Of a stretch of 64,000 nucleotides of DNA, positions 1 through 8,853 are shown piece by piece. The translations under genes were made by a program, and so were the position numbers. The DNA lies in contig JAJDUB010000020.1 of assembly GCA_022826885.1 (NCBI GenBank), forward strand, positions 6,140-70,139. The letters are read 5' to 3'. Position 1 is the first letter of the stretch. Each line of letters starts with the position of its first letter. Below the pieces are notes generated by a model, which worked only from the letters and a program-made list of their open reading frames with translations, had not been told where the DNA came from and ran no database searches. This DNA comes from Gammaproteobacteria bacterium. Lineage in GTDB: Bacteria > Pseudomonadota > Gammaproteobacteria > Eutrophobiales > Eutrophobiaceae.

Positions 1-810
1 CCCGGCCGGACCCGACATGAGCATGTTGACCGGCGATTGCGCCGAGGCGCGGCCCGACGCCAGTCCGCCGTCTGAGCGCAGGATGGACAGGACGACATCG
101 CTGCCCATCTGCTCGGCCAGGGCGACCTGCAGGTTGGTGATGTATTTCGATACTTCCGGCCTGACGTAGGCGTTGACAACCGTGGTTTCGGTGCGCTCGT
201 ACTCCTGCATCTCGGGCACGACCTTGCTGGATATGGAGATGGGTATATCCGTGAAAACCTCGCCGGCGACGGCCTCGGCGCGGCGTTCGTTCTCATCGTT
301 GATGTAGGCGTTGATGAAGCAGATGGTCAGGGATTCCACTTCACCCCTGGCGCGCAGCCTTTGCAGGTCCCGCCTCAATGCCGCTTCGTCCAGTTCCCTG
401 ACGATACTGCCCCCTGCGTCGATGCGTTCATCCGCTTCTATGGTCAGTTCCAGGGGGGCCAGCAACGGTTTCTTTACGTAACTGACCCAGCCGCCCAGGC
501 CGCCCGGGCAGAACGAACGGGCAACCTGCAGGACCTGGCGGTATCCTTTTGTCGTGACCAGGCCGACCCTGGCGCCGCGCCCGGTCAGCACGGCATTGGT
601 CGCCACGGTGGTGCCGTGCATCACCCGGGATATATTACCGGCATCGATGTTGTGTGTGTCACAGATACGGGCGATACCGTTCAGCACCCCAATGGAGGAG
701 TCTTCCGGCGTTGACGGCACTTTAGCTGTAAATGTCGCGCCGCTTCGTTCATCGAACAGCAACAGGTCGGTAAAGGTGCCGCCCACGTCGACACCCAGGC
801 GATAAGTCAT
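1..810 (-). CDS. Hydantoinase A / oxoprolinase-family (HyuA-like) ATP-dependent hydrolase subunit, N-terminal part only (rest lies beyond the left edge)
   Basis: Open at the window edge, so absent from the ORF track. Reverse translation from ATG (810-808) gives MTYRLGVDVGGTFTDLLLFDE...RVMHGTTVATNAVLTGRGARVGLVTTKGYRQVLQVAR, the GGTFTD / HGTTxATNA signature of the hydantoinase A N-terminal region. Confidence 0.8.
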   Translation of the reverse strand, partial: MTYRLGVDVGGTFTDLLLFDERSGATFTAKVPSTPEDSSIGVLNGIARICDTHNIDAGNISRVMHGTTVATNAVLTGRGARVGLVTTKGYRQVLQVARSFCPGGLGGWVSYVKKPLLAPLELTIEADERIDAGGSIVRELDEAALRRDLQRLRARGEVESLTICFINAYINDENERRAEAVAGEVFTDIPISISSKVVPEMQEYERTETTVVNAYVRPEVSKYITNLQVALAEQMGSDVVLSILRSDGGLASGRASAQSPVNMLMSGPAG

Positions 811-813
811 GGT

Positions 814-1170
814 TCAGGACTCCGTCCTGTTGACCAGTTCCAGCGCCTGGCTGTACGGGGCGTCATCCTCATCCTGCATGCCCTCCAGTTCCGCCTCGAT
901 AATACGCGTGACTTCTCCGAGGAAGACGGCGCGGCGCTCTGCACGTTCCTTGAGCGCCTCCTCATCCGGCTGATAATTCTCAATTTCGGCGCGGGTGAAC
1001 AGCTTGTTCTGTTCCGCCAGGCGCTCGACAGTGTCCAGGCGATCGCGCAGCACCGACACCTCGCCCGCGAGTCCCATCAGCATGGCCAGCAATTTATCTA
1101 TTGAGGGATCGGAAAAAAAATATGGCCTTTCGCCCTTCGCCTTGCGTTTCAGGCGTGGTTGTTCTGTCAT
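814..1170 (-). CDS. Hypothetical 118-aa charged, helix-rich protein
   Basis: ORF 814-1212 trimmed to ATG 1170 (MTEQPRLKRKAKGERPYFF...). This ATG overlaps the TGA of the upstream methyltransferase (ATGA), and the stop at 814 is 3 nt from the HyuA-like start. No family recognised. Confidence 0.5.
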   Translation of the reverse strand: MTEQPRLKRKAKGERPYFFSDPSIDKLLAMLMGLAGEVSVLRDRLDTVERLAEQNKLFTRAEIENYQPDEEALKERAERRAVFLGEVTRIIEAELEGMQDEDDAPYSQALELVNRTES

Positions 1171-2354
1171 CGGCCTGGTTCCCCCTGTTTTTCGGCGCCG
1201 TACAGGAACCACAGACCGCCGCCGCCGAAATCGCCGCCCTGGAATACCTTGGATCGCCGCGCCTGGGCGATCTGGTAGGCGCTGGGCGCCATGACCTCGA
1301 ATACCGTTTCAGGGTCGAAGCCGGCCTTGCTGCTCAACTCGACGTAATCGATATCGTGGGAGCGTCCCCAGAACGGTTCGTTGTTGTTGCGGGTATCCCA
1401 GTCCAGCATGAACGCGTCAAACGCTTCCAGGTTCTTGTAGGGAGGCGTCTCCGCATGAACCATCAGGCCACCCGGCCGCAGCAGGCGATGACACTCCGCA
1501 ATCACGCGGCGGATCGCCTTTTCCGAGGTCTCGTGCAACAGGATATGGGATACCACCAGGTCGAAGGAGGCGTCCACAAAATCCGTTTGTTCCGCGTTCT
1601 GCTGGGAGAAATGTATTTTTTCGCCCAGGGACTCAGCCCGCGCATGGGCGTAGCGCAGCATGGGTGCGGCCACGTCGACGGCATGCACCTCCGCATCGGG
1701 CCACCCCTGCGCATAGGGAACCGTGCTGTGGCCCACCGCACAGCCCATATCCAGGATGCGCGCCGGGTTAAAACCAGGATGGTTCTCCTTGATCCAGGCA
1801 ACGGCGCTAGCGCCCATATCGGCGTTGTCCGGCCCCATCTGCCCCATGGCGTAAATAAAGACCGCACGGTCGTAGACTGCACCGGGCGCAACATCGTCTG
1901 CTGTCACTTCGGTGTGATAGCCCCCGGGCTGGCAATGGATATCCACGGCCCGGTGGTAACGCGGTATTTCCAGGCCCGGGTCGAGCCTCAGGCTGCCGCC
2001 TGCGCCTTGCGTCGACTTTGCCTTTTCCGCCAATGCCTGCAGTTCTCTTTGCACCGGCTGTTGTGATGCAGACCACATCATTTCCTGGCTGGTGCGCAGC
2101 AGCGCACTGAACATACGATAATGGGGATCCAGGGTCATCACGTCGCGTATTTCGAACCGGTTATCCGGTTCCTGCCCGTTCTCCCGGACAAATGCCGGCT
2201 TCACCCGGTGTTCATACGCCAGCCGGTTACCCGGATGGACATGGGCAACGAGATGTTCCTTGAAAGAACGCACGAACTGCTGCCTGGCAAGTTCGTCATG
2301 TTTCGGTTCCGGTAGAATTGCGTGTCTGTTCTGTTCCAGTTCACTTGTTTGCAT
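1167..2354 (-). CDS. Class I SAM-dependent methyltransferase with long N-terminal extension
   Basis: 395-aa ORF. Rossmann motif I ILDMGCAVGHS, then AEVHAVDVAAPMLRYAHARAE and LLRPGGLMV. Colinear paralog at 33576-34676. Confidence 0.8.
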   Translation of the reverse strand: MQTSELEQNRHAILPEPKHDELARQQFVRSFKEHLVAHVHPGNRLAYEHRVKPAFVRENGQEPDNRFEIRDVMTLDPHYRMFSALLRTSQEMMWSASQQPVQRELQALAEKAKSTQGAGGSLRLDPGLEIPRYHRAVDIHCQPGGYHTEVTADDVAPGAVYDRAVFIYAMGQMGPDNADMGASAVAWIKENHPGFNPARILDMGCAVGHSTVPYAQGWPDAEVHAVDVAAPMLRYAHARAESLGEKIHFSQQNAEQTDFVDASFDLVVSHILLHETSEKAIRRVIAECHRLLRPGGLMVHAETPPYKNLEAFDAFMLDWDTRNNNEPFWGRSHDIDYVELSSKAGFDPETVFEVMAPSAYQIAQARRSKVFQGGDFGGGGLWFLYGAEKQGEPGR

Positions 2355-2428
2355 GGTTCCGGCCTCGCAAGTTGTAGATGAATGAATACACCTGATTATA
2401 AAAGAATCCGGAGCGCGGAGTATAAGCG

Positions 2429-2464
2429 ATTGATTTTATCAGTCCATCAATGTACTTTGATAAA
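2429..2464. promoter_or_regulatory. Nested inverted repeats in the methyltransferase/GntR divergent promoter region (candidate operator)
   Basis: ATTGAT (2429-2434) pairs with ATCAAT (2446-2451). TTTATCA (2435-2441) pairs with TGATAAA (2458-2464). All lie within the 145-bp divergent intergenic region. Confidence 0.25.
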
Positions 2465-2499
2465 CTTCCAGCAAAACCAATCGAGTTCACGCCCGTATT

Positions 2500-3267
2500 A
2501 TGGATGCTACGCTGACATTGCTTAGCAAATACCACGACGGAGTCCTGGATCCGGGATCGCCGACGCCCCTGTACCACCAGCTTTACTCCATGCTGCGCGA
2601 CTGCATCCTCGGCGGCGTGCTGGAAGACGGCTCCAGAATGCCCTCCGAAAAGGAGTTGTCCACTACGTTCAAGGTGTCCCGTATCACGGCAAGGCGCGCG
2701 CTCGACGACCTCGCGGCGGAAGACCTGGTTGCGCGCCAGCGCGGCCGCGGCACCTTCGTAAATTACCACTATCACCCGGAATTGCTCAACGCTCCATTGA
2801 CGGGCGCGCTGGAAAGCCTCGAGCACATGGGCAGGGAAACGAAAATCAAGGTGCTCAGCCTGCGCTTTATCCGCCCGCCGGTGAATATTGTCGATGAATT
2901 CGGTATATCCGACGAACAACCGCTGTGTCACATGGTGCGCATCAGGAGTAACCGCGACCTGCCGTTCGCCTACTACGAAAGCTGGACGCTGGGGTTTGAC
3001 AAATCCATCCGCAAACAGGCCCTGGAAAAAATCCCGCGCCTGGAACTGTTGCGAAAATCCGGGGTGAAGATAGCCCGCGCCGAACAGACCCTGAGCGCTG
3101 AAGCCGCGTTCCCGCCCGCGGCCGGCGCCCTCGGCATCATGCCGGGCAAGCCGCTGTTGAAGCTGATACGGCGATCGTTCGGTGAGGATGGCAAGCAGGT
3201 TGATCATCTGAACGCCGTATATAACCCTGACCGGTTCCAGTACCGGATGTCTCTTACGTTGAAGTAA
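2500..3267 (+). CDS. GntR-family transcriptional regulator (HutC/UTRA-type architecture)
   Basis: N-terminal wHTH signature LYHQLYSMLRDCILGGVLEDGSRMPSEKELSTTFKVSRITARRALDDLAAEDLVARQRGRGTFV, followed by a C-terminal effector domain of about 170 aa. Confidence 0.85.
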   Translation: MDATLTLLSKYHDGVLDPGSPTPLYHQLYSMLRDCILGGVLEDGSRMPSEKELSTTFKVSRITARRALDDLAAEDLVARQRGRGTFVNYHYHPELLNAPLTGALESLEHMGRETKIKVLSLRFIRPPVNIVDEFGISDEQPLCHMVRIRSNRDLPFAYYESWTLGFDKSIRKQALEKIPRLELLRKSGVKIARAEQTLSAEAAFPPAAGALGIMPGKPLLKLIRRSFGEDGKQVDHLNAVYNPDRFQYRMSLTLK

Positions 3268-3280
3268 CGCGCCAAACCTG

Positions 3281-4744
3281 CTACTCCGGGTACGGCCGTC
3301 TCAGGAATTTCCCCGAAGGTTCGCCCACTATATTGCCGTCATAGACCAGGCGCCCGCGCAGCCAGGTCTGCTTCACCCGGGCTGACAACTCGATCCCTTC
3401 AAAAGGGGTATAACCCTGCGTGGAAGGGGAATCCTGCGCCTGCACAACCCAGCTTTCATCCGGATCGACCAGGACCAGGTCGGCGTCACAGCCGGGCGCT
3501 ATATCACCCTTGCCGTCCAGGCCGAAACGTCTGGCCGGGTTGTAACTGATCAACTCAGCGATACGATTCAGGCTCAGACCCCTGCGGCTTCCTTCGCTGA
3601 TCAGGGCCGGAAGCAGGTACTCCGTGCCGCCGAAGCCCGACTTGGCCAGAAACACGTTGCCTGGCTCAGTGGCGTCAACCTTGAGTTCATGCTTGCAACA
3701 GGCATGGTCGCTGACCACCCAGTCCAGTTTTCCGTCCAGCAGCATCTCCCACAGGTACTCAACGTCCGTGCGGGGACGGATCGGCGGGTTGACCTTGGCC
3801 AGGGCGCCGCTTGGTGATTCCGTATCCAGCACCAGGTGACCTATGGTTACCTCGCGCCGGAAATCGATATGGGGAAACGCGTCCGCCATCAACAGCGCTG
3901 CCTCGACTGCCTTGCGCGATGACAGGTGCAGCAGGTTGATGTTCGCGCAATCCGTCTCATGGGCCAGGTAAGAAGCGATGAATATCGCGAGGCCCTCCGA
4001 GTGGGGTGGGCGCGAGGCATGGTAGGCAGGCAGACCCCTGAGCCGGCCCTCTTCCTCGACCAGGCGCGTATAGGCGCGCATGATCTCAGCCGTCTCACAA
4101 TGCATGCTCAGGCTGATTTGATGTGCCTTGTCAGGAAAGCGGTCCATGGCCTTGCGGACGCCGCGCATGACAAACTCGAAGTGGGCGAAATCATAGCGCT
4201 CATCCTTGCCGATCATGAGAAAACCGCTTTGATCATCGGACTTGCCATGCAGACCGTGAGAGCCGTAAAACATGAAAATCTTGAACGAGGTCACGCCGAA
4301 ACGTTCCACCAGTTCGTCGATCTCATCGATATGCGCCGCCATCATAGGCGCCAGGTGATAGGCGTAATCCACGTGAAAGCGCCCTTCGGACTGTTCCAGC
4401 ACTTCCGGAAAAAATTCACTGTAGGGGCCGCTTTTATTGAGGTAGTACTTACCTGTGCGCATGTAATTCAGGCTGGTGGTCACGCCCCCCATGGCCGCGG
4501 CGCGGCTTTCGCAGAGCGCGTCCTCGGCCAGCGGCGCATAAATACCCGTGTGCATATGGGCATCGATAACGCCGGGGAATGCCAGCCGTTGTCTGCCGTC
4601 CACTACTTCCCGCGCCGCGGCAGGGTCGATATCCGGGGCAATGCGTGTGAACCTGCCGTCAGCGATCGCGATATCAGCAGTCTCGACCGTACTGCTGCCG
4701 GGCCTGACCACTCTCACGTCCTTAATCAGCAAATCTACTGTCAT
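3281..4744 (-). CDS. Cyclic amidohydrolase, dihydropyrimidinase / D-hydantoinase-like
   Basis: 487 aa. Metal motif GVIDAHMH near the N-terminus. VTSFKIFMFY matches the carbamylated-Lys strand of dihydropyrimidinases. C-terminal DADLVLVDP. Confidence 0.8.
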   Translation of the reverse strand: MTVDLLIKDVRVVRPGSSTVETADIAIADGRFTRIAPDIDPAAAREVVDGRQRLAFPGVIDAHMHTGIYAPLAEDALCESRAAAMGGVTTSLNYMRTGKYYLNKSGPYSEFFPEVLEQSEGRFHVDYAYHLAPMMAAHIDEIDELVERFGVTSFKIFMFYGSHGLHGKSDDQSGFLMIGKDERYDFAHFEFVMRGVRKAMDRFPDKAHQISLSMHCETAEIMRAYTRLVEEEGRLRGLPAYHASRPPHSEGLAIFIASYLAHETDCANINLLHLSSRKAVEAALLMADAFPHIDFRREVTIGHLVLDTESPSGALAKVNPPIRPRTDVEYLWEMLLDGKLDWVVSDHACCKHELKVDATEPGNVFLAKSGFGGTEYLLPALISEGSRRGLSLNRIAELISYNPARRFGLDGKGDIAPGCDADLVLVDPDESWVVQAQDSPSTQGYTPFEGIELSARVKQTWLRGRLVYDGNIVGEPSGKFLRRPYPE

Positions 4745-4775
4745 GACGGTCTTTATGCAACTTCAATAAAGTTCT

Positions 4776-4797
4776 AATGATATACTTTTATAACATA
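4776..4797. promoter_or_regulatory. AT-rich palindromic promoter/operator-like motif between divergent genes
   Basis: AATGATATAC-TT-TTATAACATA, placed symmetrically 32 nt from both divergent start codons (4744 and 4829). Each half contains a TGnTATA(A/C) extended -10-like sequence on its own strand. Confidence 0.4.
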
Positions 4798-4828
4798 ATT
4801 CCAGAGACAATGCCGAATTGATGCTGTA

Positions 4829-6241
4829 ATGCCGAATACTTTATTCGAAAAAATCTGGCAGGACCACCTGATCGCCGACCTGGGCGACGGTTCTTCCCTG
4901 TTGCATATCGATCGCGTTTTCCTGCACGAGCGCACCGGCAGCATCGCCTTGCGCGGCATGACGGAGAAGCGTCGCCAGGTGAGAAATCCGGGCCATGTGT
5001 TCTGCACCATGGATCATATCATCGACACTTTTCCCGGACGGGGCGATAAAACCACAATGCCGGGCGGCCGCCAGTTCATCACTCGTACGCGGCGGGAAAC
5101 TAAGCGCGCTGGCATTACCCTGTTCGACATCAACGACCCGCGCCAGGGCATCTCCCACGTTATTTCCGCCGAACAGGGGATCGCCCTGCCAGGGTTGACC
5201 GTAGTCTGTCCGGACAGCCACACCTGTACGCTGGGAGCGCTGGGAGCAATGGCCTGGGGAGTCGGCTCAACCGACTGCGAACATGCCCTGGCTACCGAAA
5301 CCTTGAGGATCGTCAAGCCGGGACAAATGGGAGTGTATCTGCAGGGAGAACTGGCTGCCGGCGTAACCGCAAAAGATGTGATACTGCACCTGATCGGAAA
5401 ATATTCCGCATCAGGCGGGAGCGGTTTCGCAATTGAGTTCCACGGCCCCGGCATCAGAAAATTGCCCCTGGAAGCGAGGATGACCATCTGCAATATGGCC
5501 GTGGAATTTTCCGCGTTCACGGGGCTTATCGCCCCCGATGAGGCAACACTGGAATATATCGCCGGACGCCCCTATGCTCCGGCAGGCGAAGACCGGGAGG
5601 CGGCGCTGGCCTACTGGGGCAAGCTACACACCGATGTGGGCGCAACCTTTGACAAGGAATTATACCTGGACCTTTCGCAAATCGATCCGAGCGTCACCTG
5701 GGGAACCAGCCCGCAACATGTTATAGGCGTTTCCGGGGTGATACCCGATCCGGGTCAGGAACTCAATGCAACGGCGCGTCAGGGGATGCAGCGCGCGCTG
5801 GACTATATGGGTCTCAATGCCGGCGTCGCCATCGCCTCTGTTCCTCTGGACGCGGCGTTTATCGGTTCATGCACCAACAGCCGGCTCAGCGACCTGCGCG
5901 CGGCTGCCGGCATCCTCAAAGGCAACAGGATTGCAAAAGGCATCAAGGCGATCTGCGTTCCCGGTTCCGGCCAGGTTAAACAGGCAGCAGAACAGGAAGG
6001 ACTCCATGAGATCTTTCTGGACTCCGGATTTGAGTGGCGCGAGGCGGGTTGCTCCATGTGTTTTTACGCCGGAGGCGAGGGTTTCTCCGCGGGAGAACGC
6101 GTCATTACCAGCACCAATCGCAATTTTGAAGGGCGCCAGGGGCCGGGAGTGCGTTCCCACCTGGCCAGTCCGGTGACCGTTGCGGCCTCGGCGCTGAGCG
6201 GCCATATCACTGACGTTCGTACTCTGGGCGTCCACACATGA
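4829..6241 (+). CDS. Aconitase-family hydro-lyase large subunit (LeuC-like)
   Basis: Colinear with LeuC as I remember it: DSHT, GSCTNSR, GCSMC (Fe-S ligands) and STNRNFEGRQG. The substrate-loop region differs (HERTGSI versus HEVTSPQ in E. coli LeuC). Confidence 0.85.
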   Translation: MPNTLFEKIWQDHLIADLGDGSSLLHIDRVFLHERTGSIALRGMTEKRRQVRNPGHVFCTMDHIIDTFPGRGDKTTMPGGRQFITRTRRETKRAGITLFDINDPRQGISHVISAEQGIALPGLTVVCPDSHTCTLGALGAMAWGVGSTDCEHALATETLRIVKPGQMGVYLQGELAAGVTAKDVILHLIGKYSASGGSGFAIEFHGPGIRKLPLEARMTICNMAVEFSAFTGLIAPDEATLEYIAGRPYAPAGEDREAALAYWGKLHTDVGATFDKELYLDLSQIDPSVTWGTSPQHVIGVSGVIPDPGQELNATARQGMQRALDYMGLNAGVAIASVPLDAAFIGSCTNSRLSDLRAAAGILKGNRIAKGIKAICVPGSGQVKQAAEQEGLHEIFLDSGFEWREAGCSMCFYAGGEGFSAGERVITSTNRNFEGRQGPGVRSHLASPVTVAASALSGHITDVRTLGVHT

Positions 6242-6864
6242 AACCTTTTGTTACCCATGAAGGCTTGGCGGCGCCGATAATGCGCGTCAATATCGACACG
6301 GATACCATCATACCTTCCCGGGAAATGCGCCACGTGTCAAAACGCGGTCTGGGCGAGGGCTTGTTTGCCGGCTGGCGCTATCTTAACGGGGATCGGAAAA
6401 AACGGGAAATCAACCCGGAATTCATTCTCAACAGGCCCGGGTATACGAATGCCAGCATATTACTGGCCGGCAGTAATTTCGGCTGCGGCTCTTCCCGGGA
6501 ACACGCGGTCTGGGCGCTTCTGGAATACGGCTTCAGGGCTGTTATTGCGCCCAGCTTTGGTTCCATCTTCTACCATAATGCAATGCGCAACGGCTTGCTG
6601 CCGGTGAGACTGCCGGAGCCGTCAATCAACGCGTTAGGCATTGATGCCGGCGCGCCTGATCCCGGTCGCATCATCATTGACCTGCAAAACACGACAGTCA
6701 GCAGTGATACGGGACGGCGATTCCGTTTCAATATCGAACCCATATACAAGGAAATGCTGCTGCAGGGACTCGATGCCATCGAGATGACCCTGAAACACAA
6801 GGAGTTGATAGAGAAGTTTCAGGCTGCAGACAGACAAAGACGGGGCTGGGCTTATCTACGCTAG
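6238..6864 (+). CDS. Aconitase-family hydro-lyase small subunit (LeuD-like)
   Basis: The start overlaps the large-subunit stop (ATGA). Motifs NIDTDTIIP and GSNFGCGSSREHAVWAL are typical of LeuD/swivel domains. Confidence 0.85.
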   Translation: MKPFVTHEGLAAPIMRVNIDTDTIIPSREMRHVSKRGLGEGLFAGWRYLNGDRKKREINPEFILNRPGYTNASILLAGSNFGCGSSREHAVWALLEYGFRAVIAPSFGSIFYHNAMRNGLLPVRLPEPSINALGIDAGAPDPGRIIIDLQNTTVSSDTGRRFRFNIEPIYKEMLLQGLDAIEMTLKHKELIEKFQAADRQRRGWAYLR

Positions 6865-8037
6865 CACCCGTGCGTTAATCAGCGCGTCGATATCTGTGTC
6901 CGTAAATCCCAGTTCCTGCATGACTTCACGGGTATGTTCCCCCTGTCGCGGCACGTCGCGCCTTAACCCCGGACGCTCTCCGTCCATCTGAACAGGTAAT
7001 GCAGGCAACCTGGTGTGTTTCCCTTCCGGCGTCGTCACGTCCAGCAGGCCACCGGAAGCCAGCAGGTGCGGGTCCTCAAACAGGTCCTCCGGCCTGGAAA
7101 TGGGGGCGTAGGGCAAGCCGCAACGGTCCAGCCGCTCCATCAGTTCACCCGCGCTGAAGCCCAGGAACAGCGAACGCACCCGCGGGATGATGGTATCCCG
7201 CCGTTCCACCCGTTCCGCATTATCAGCAAGGGCCTTATCCCGGGCGAATTCATCCAGGGAGAACTGTTCACAGAATTTCTTCCACTGGGTGTCGCTTACC
7301 ACGGCGACAAATACCTGCTTATCGTCCTTGCAGTCGAAGATGTCATAAATTGCCCAGGCGGATACCCTTACCGGCATGGGAGGGGCCGGTTCTCCGGTCA
7401 CTGCATGCTGCGCCATGTGCTGGCCGACCAGGAAGGCCGTGCTTTCAAACAGGGCGCTGTCAATCCGCTGCCCGCGGCCGGTGCGGCGGCGCATCTCCAG
7501 GGCCGACAGGATGCCGATGACGCCGAACATGCCGCCTACCACGTCGATCACCGATGCACCGGCGCGCAGCGGCTGTCCCGGCGGGCCGGTCATATATGCC
7601 AGCCCGCCCATCATCTGGGCAACCTCGTCCAGTGCGGTGCGTTGCTCGTAGGGGCCGGAAAGAAAGCCCCTGGCGGAGTAATACAATAACCCGGGGTTAT
7701 CCTTTGCCAGCTCGTCATAACCGTAACCGGCCTGGTCCATGGCGCCGGGCCTGAAATTCTCGATAAATATGTCGGCCTTGCTGATCAGGCGCATGGCAAT
7801 TTCCCTGCCCCGTTCCGATTTGAGGTCGATGCAGACACTGCGCTTGTTGCGGTTATACATGGAAAAGTAACCGGCGCCCGAACCGCGCAGTCGCCGGGTA
7901 TTATCTCCCCCCAGGGGTTCCAGCTTGACTACGTCAGCGCCCAGATCGGCAAGCAACAGGCCGACGCATGGCCCCATCACCATGTGGGAGAATTCAACAA
8001 CCCTGATGCCGGAAAGCGGTAATTCGTGATCTGTCAT
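6856..8037 (-). CDS. Family III CoA-transferase (CaiB/BaiF/Frc type)
   Basis: LSGIRVVEFSHMVMGPCVGLLLADLGADVVKLEP N-terminal signature and ALDEVAQMMGGLAYMTG (catalytic Asp region). Confidence 0.85.
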   Translation of the reverse strand: MTDHELPLSGIRVVEFSHMVMGPCVGLLLADLGADVVKLEPLGGDNTRRLRGSGAGYFSMYNRNKRSVCIDLKSERGREIAMRLISKADIFIENFRPGAMDQAGYGYDELAKDNPGLLYYSARGFLSGPYEQRTALDEVAQMMGGLAYMTGPPGQPLRAGASVIDVVGGMFGVIGILSALEMRRRTGRGQRIDSALFESTAFLVGQHMAQHAVTGEPAPPMPVRVSAWAIYDIFDCKDDKQVFVAVVSDTQWKKFCEQFSLDEFARDKALADNAERVERRDTIIPRVRSLFLGFSAGELMERLDRCGLPYAPISRPEDLFEDPHLLASGGLLDVTTPEGKHTRLPALPVQMDGERPGLRRDVPRQGEHTREVMQELGFTDTDIDALINARVLA

Positions 8038-8066
8038 TTTCTGTTGTTTAACCCTGCCCGATATTC

Positions 8067-8117
8067 GGGGACGGATTTAAGCCTGTCCCCGCGGATTGTA
8101 AGCGGGGATCCGTCCCC
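8067..8117. repeat. REP-like palindromic element, family A (composite copy)
   Basis: Outer arms GGGGACGGAT (8067-8076) and ATCCGTCCCC (8108-8117) enclose an inner CCCCGC (8087-8092) / GCGGGG (8102-8107) hairpin. Shares its arms with copies at 29980, 57374 and 59778. Confidence 0.7.
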
Positions 8118-8153
8118 TTGTGGCTCTCCAATATGTTATATTATTATAGTTTT

Positions 8154-8741
8154 ATGACAAGTAAGCCTGATCCGTTTCTCAAGCGCGTTGCGCCGGATGA
8201 AATGCCGGATAACCTGCTCGCAGCCTGGCGCAAATCCATGGAACTGCGCGGCGATGCCGCTTTTTTTGAGGTGTTCGGAAACAACCCGGGGTTGTACGAA
8301 TGGTATACCGGGAGTTTTTACAGGGAAGTATTCCATGGCGGCACCGTCCCGCGCCGCATCAAGGAGCTGGTGCGCCTGCGCCTGTCCAACATCCACGGCT
8401 GCCGTTTCTGTAACCAGGGCAATCGCGCGGATGCCCTGGGAGTGGGCCTGACCGAGACTGAAATCGATGCTCTGTCCGATTATGAAAATGCCCCGTTCAG
8501 CGCGGCGGAGAAGGCTGCATTGCGGTTGGCGGACCAGATGCTGCTTACCAATCCGGATGGGGCATTGTCACAATCCCTGTACGATGATCTGAAAAGGCAT
8601 TTCACTGACGGCGAACTGCTGGAACTGGGATTGATCATGGCTGTTTTGAGCGGCATGGCGAAGTTACTGTTCGTCTTCGACCTGGTGGAAAAAGAAGACT
8701 ACTGCGTCTTCGGCACGCACGGAAACACTTCTCAGGAATAA
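8154..8741 (+). CDS. Carboxymuconolactone decarboxylase (AhpD-like) family protein
   Basis: ORF 8118-8741 trimmed to the first ATG (8154, MTSKPDPF...). CxxC-type motif HGCRFC inside the LRLSNIHGCRFCNQ helix, typical of the CMD/AhpD fold. Confidence 0.65.
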   Translation: MTSKPDPFLKRVAPDEMPDNLLAAWRKSMELRGDAAFFEVFGNNPGLYEWYTGSFYREVFHGGTVPRRIKELVRLRLSNIHGCRFCNQGNRADALGVGLTETEIDALSDYENAPFSAAEKAALRLADQMLLTNPDGALSQSLYDDLKRHFTDGELLELGLIMAVLSGMAKLLFVFDLVEKEDYCVFGTHGNTSQE

Positions 8742-8768
8742 GGGCGCCTCTAAGAATTAGAGGCGCCC
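8742..8768. terminator. Perfect 12-bp stem-loop directly after the CMD-family stop codon
   Basis: GGGCGCCTCTAA-GAA-TTAGAGGCGCCC. No clear U-tract follows. Confidence 0.4.
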
Positions 8769-8822
8769 GTGCAGCATAAGGATGTGCTGCCATTTTTAAT
8801 CACGTCAGTGATTGAAAATGAA

Positions 8823-8851
8823 GGAAACGGAAAATCGCATTTTCCGTTTCC
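8823..8851. terminator. Perfect 13-bp stem-loop in a convergent intergenic region
   Basis: GGAAACGGAAAAT-CGC-ATTTTCCGTTTCC. Confidence 0.35.
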
Positions 8852-8853
8852 GT

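Noticed and set aside
2341-4777. Long ORFs 2341-3207 (-) and 3926-4777 (+). The same class includes 20174-21043 (-) and 52527-53408 (-).
   Set aside because: Each lies opposite a gene with strong family signatures (GntR wHTH, dihydropyrimidinase, double hydrolase, class-V PLP enzyme) and has no motif of its own.
4829-6864. Calling these genes leuC/leuD (leucine biosynthesis).
   Set aside because: There is no leuA or leuB nearby, the neighbours are catabolic, and the substrate-loop motif is altered. I kept the call as LeuCD-like hydro-lyase without gene symbols.
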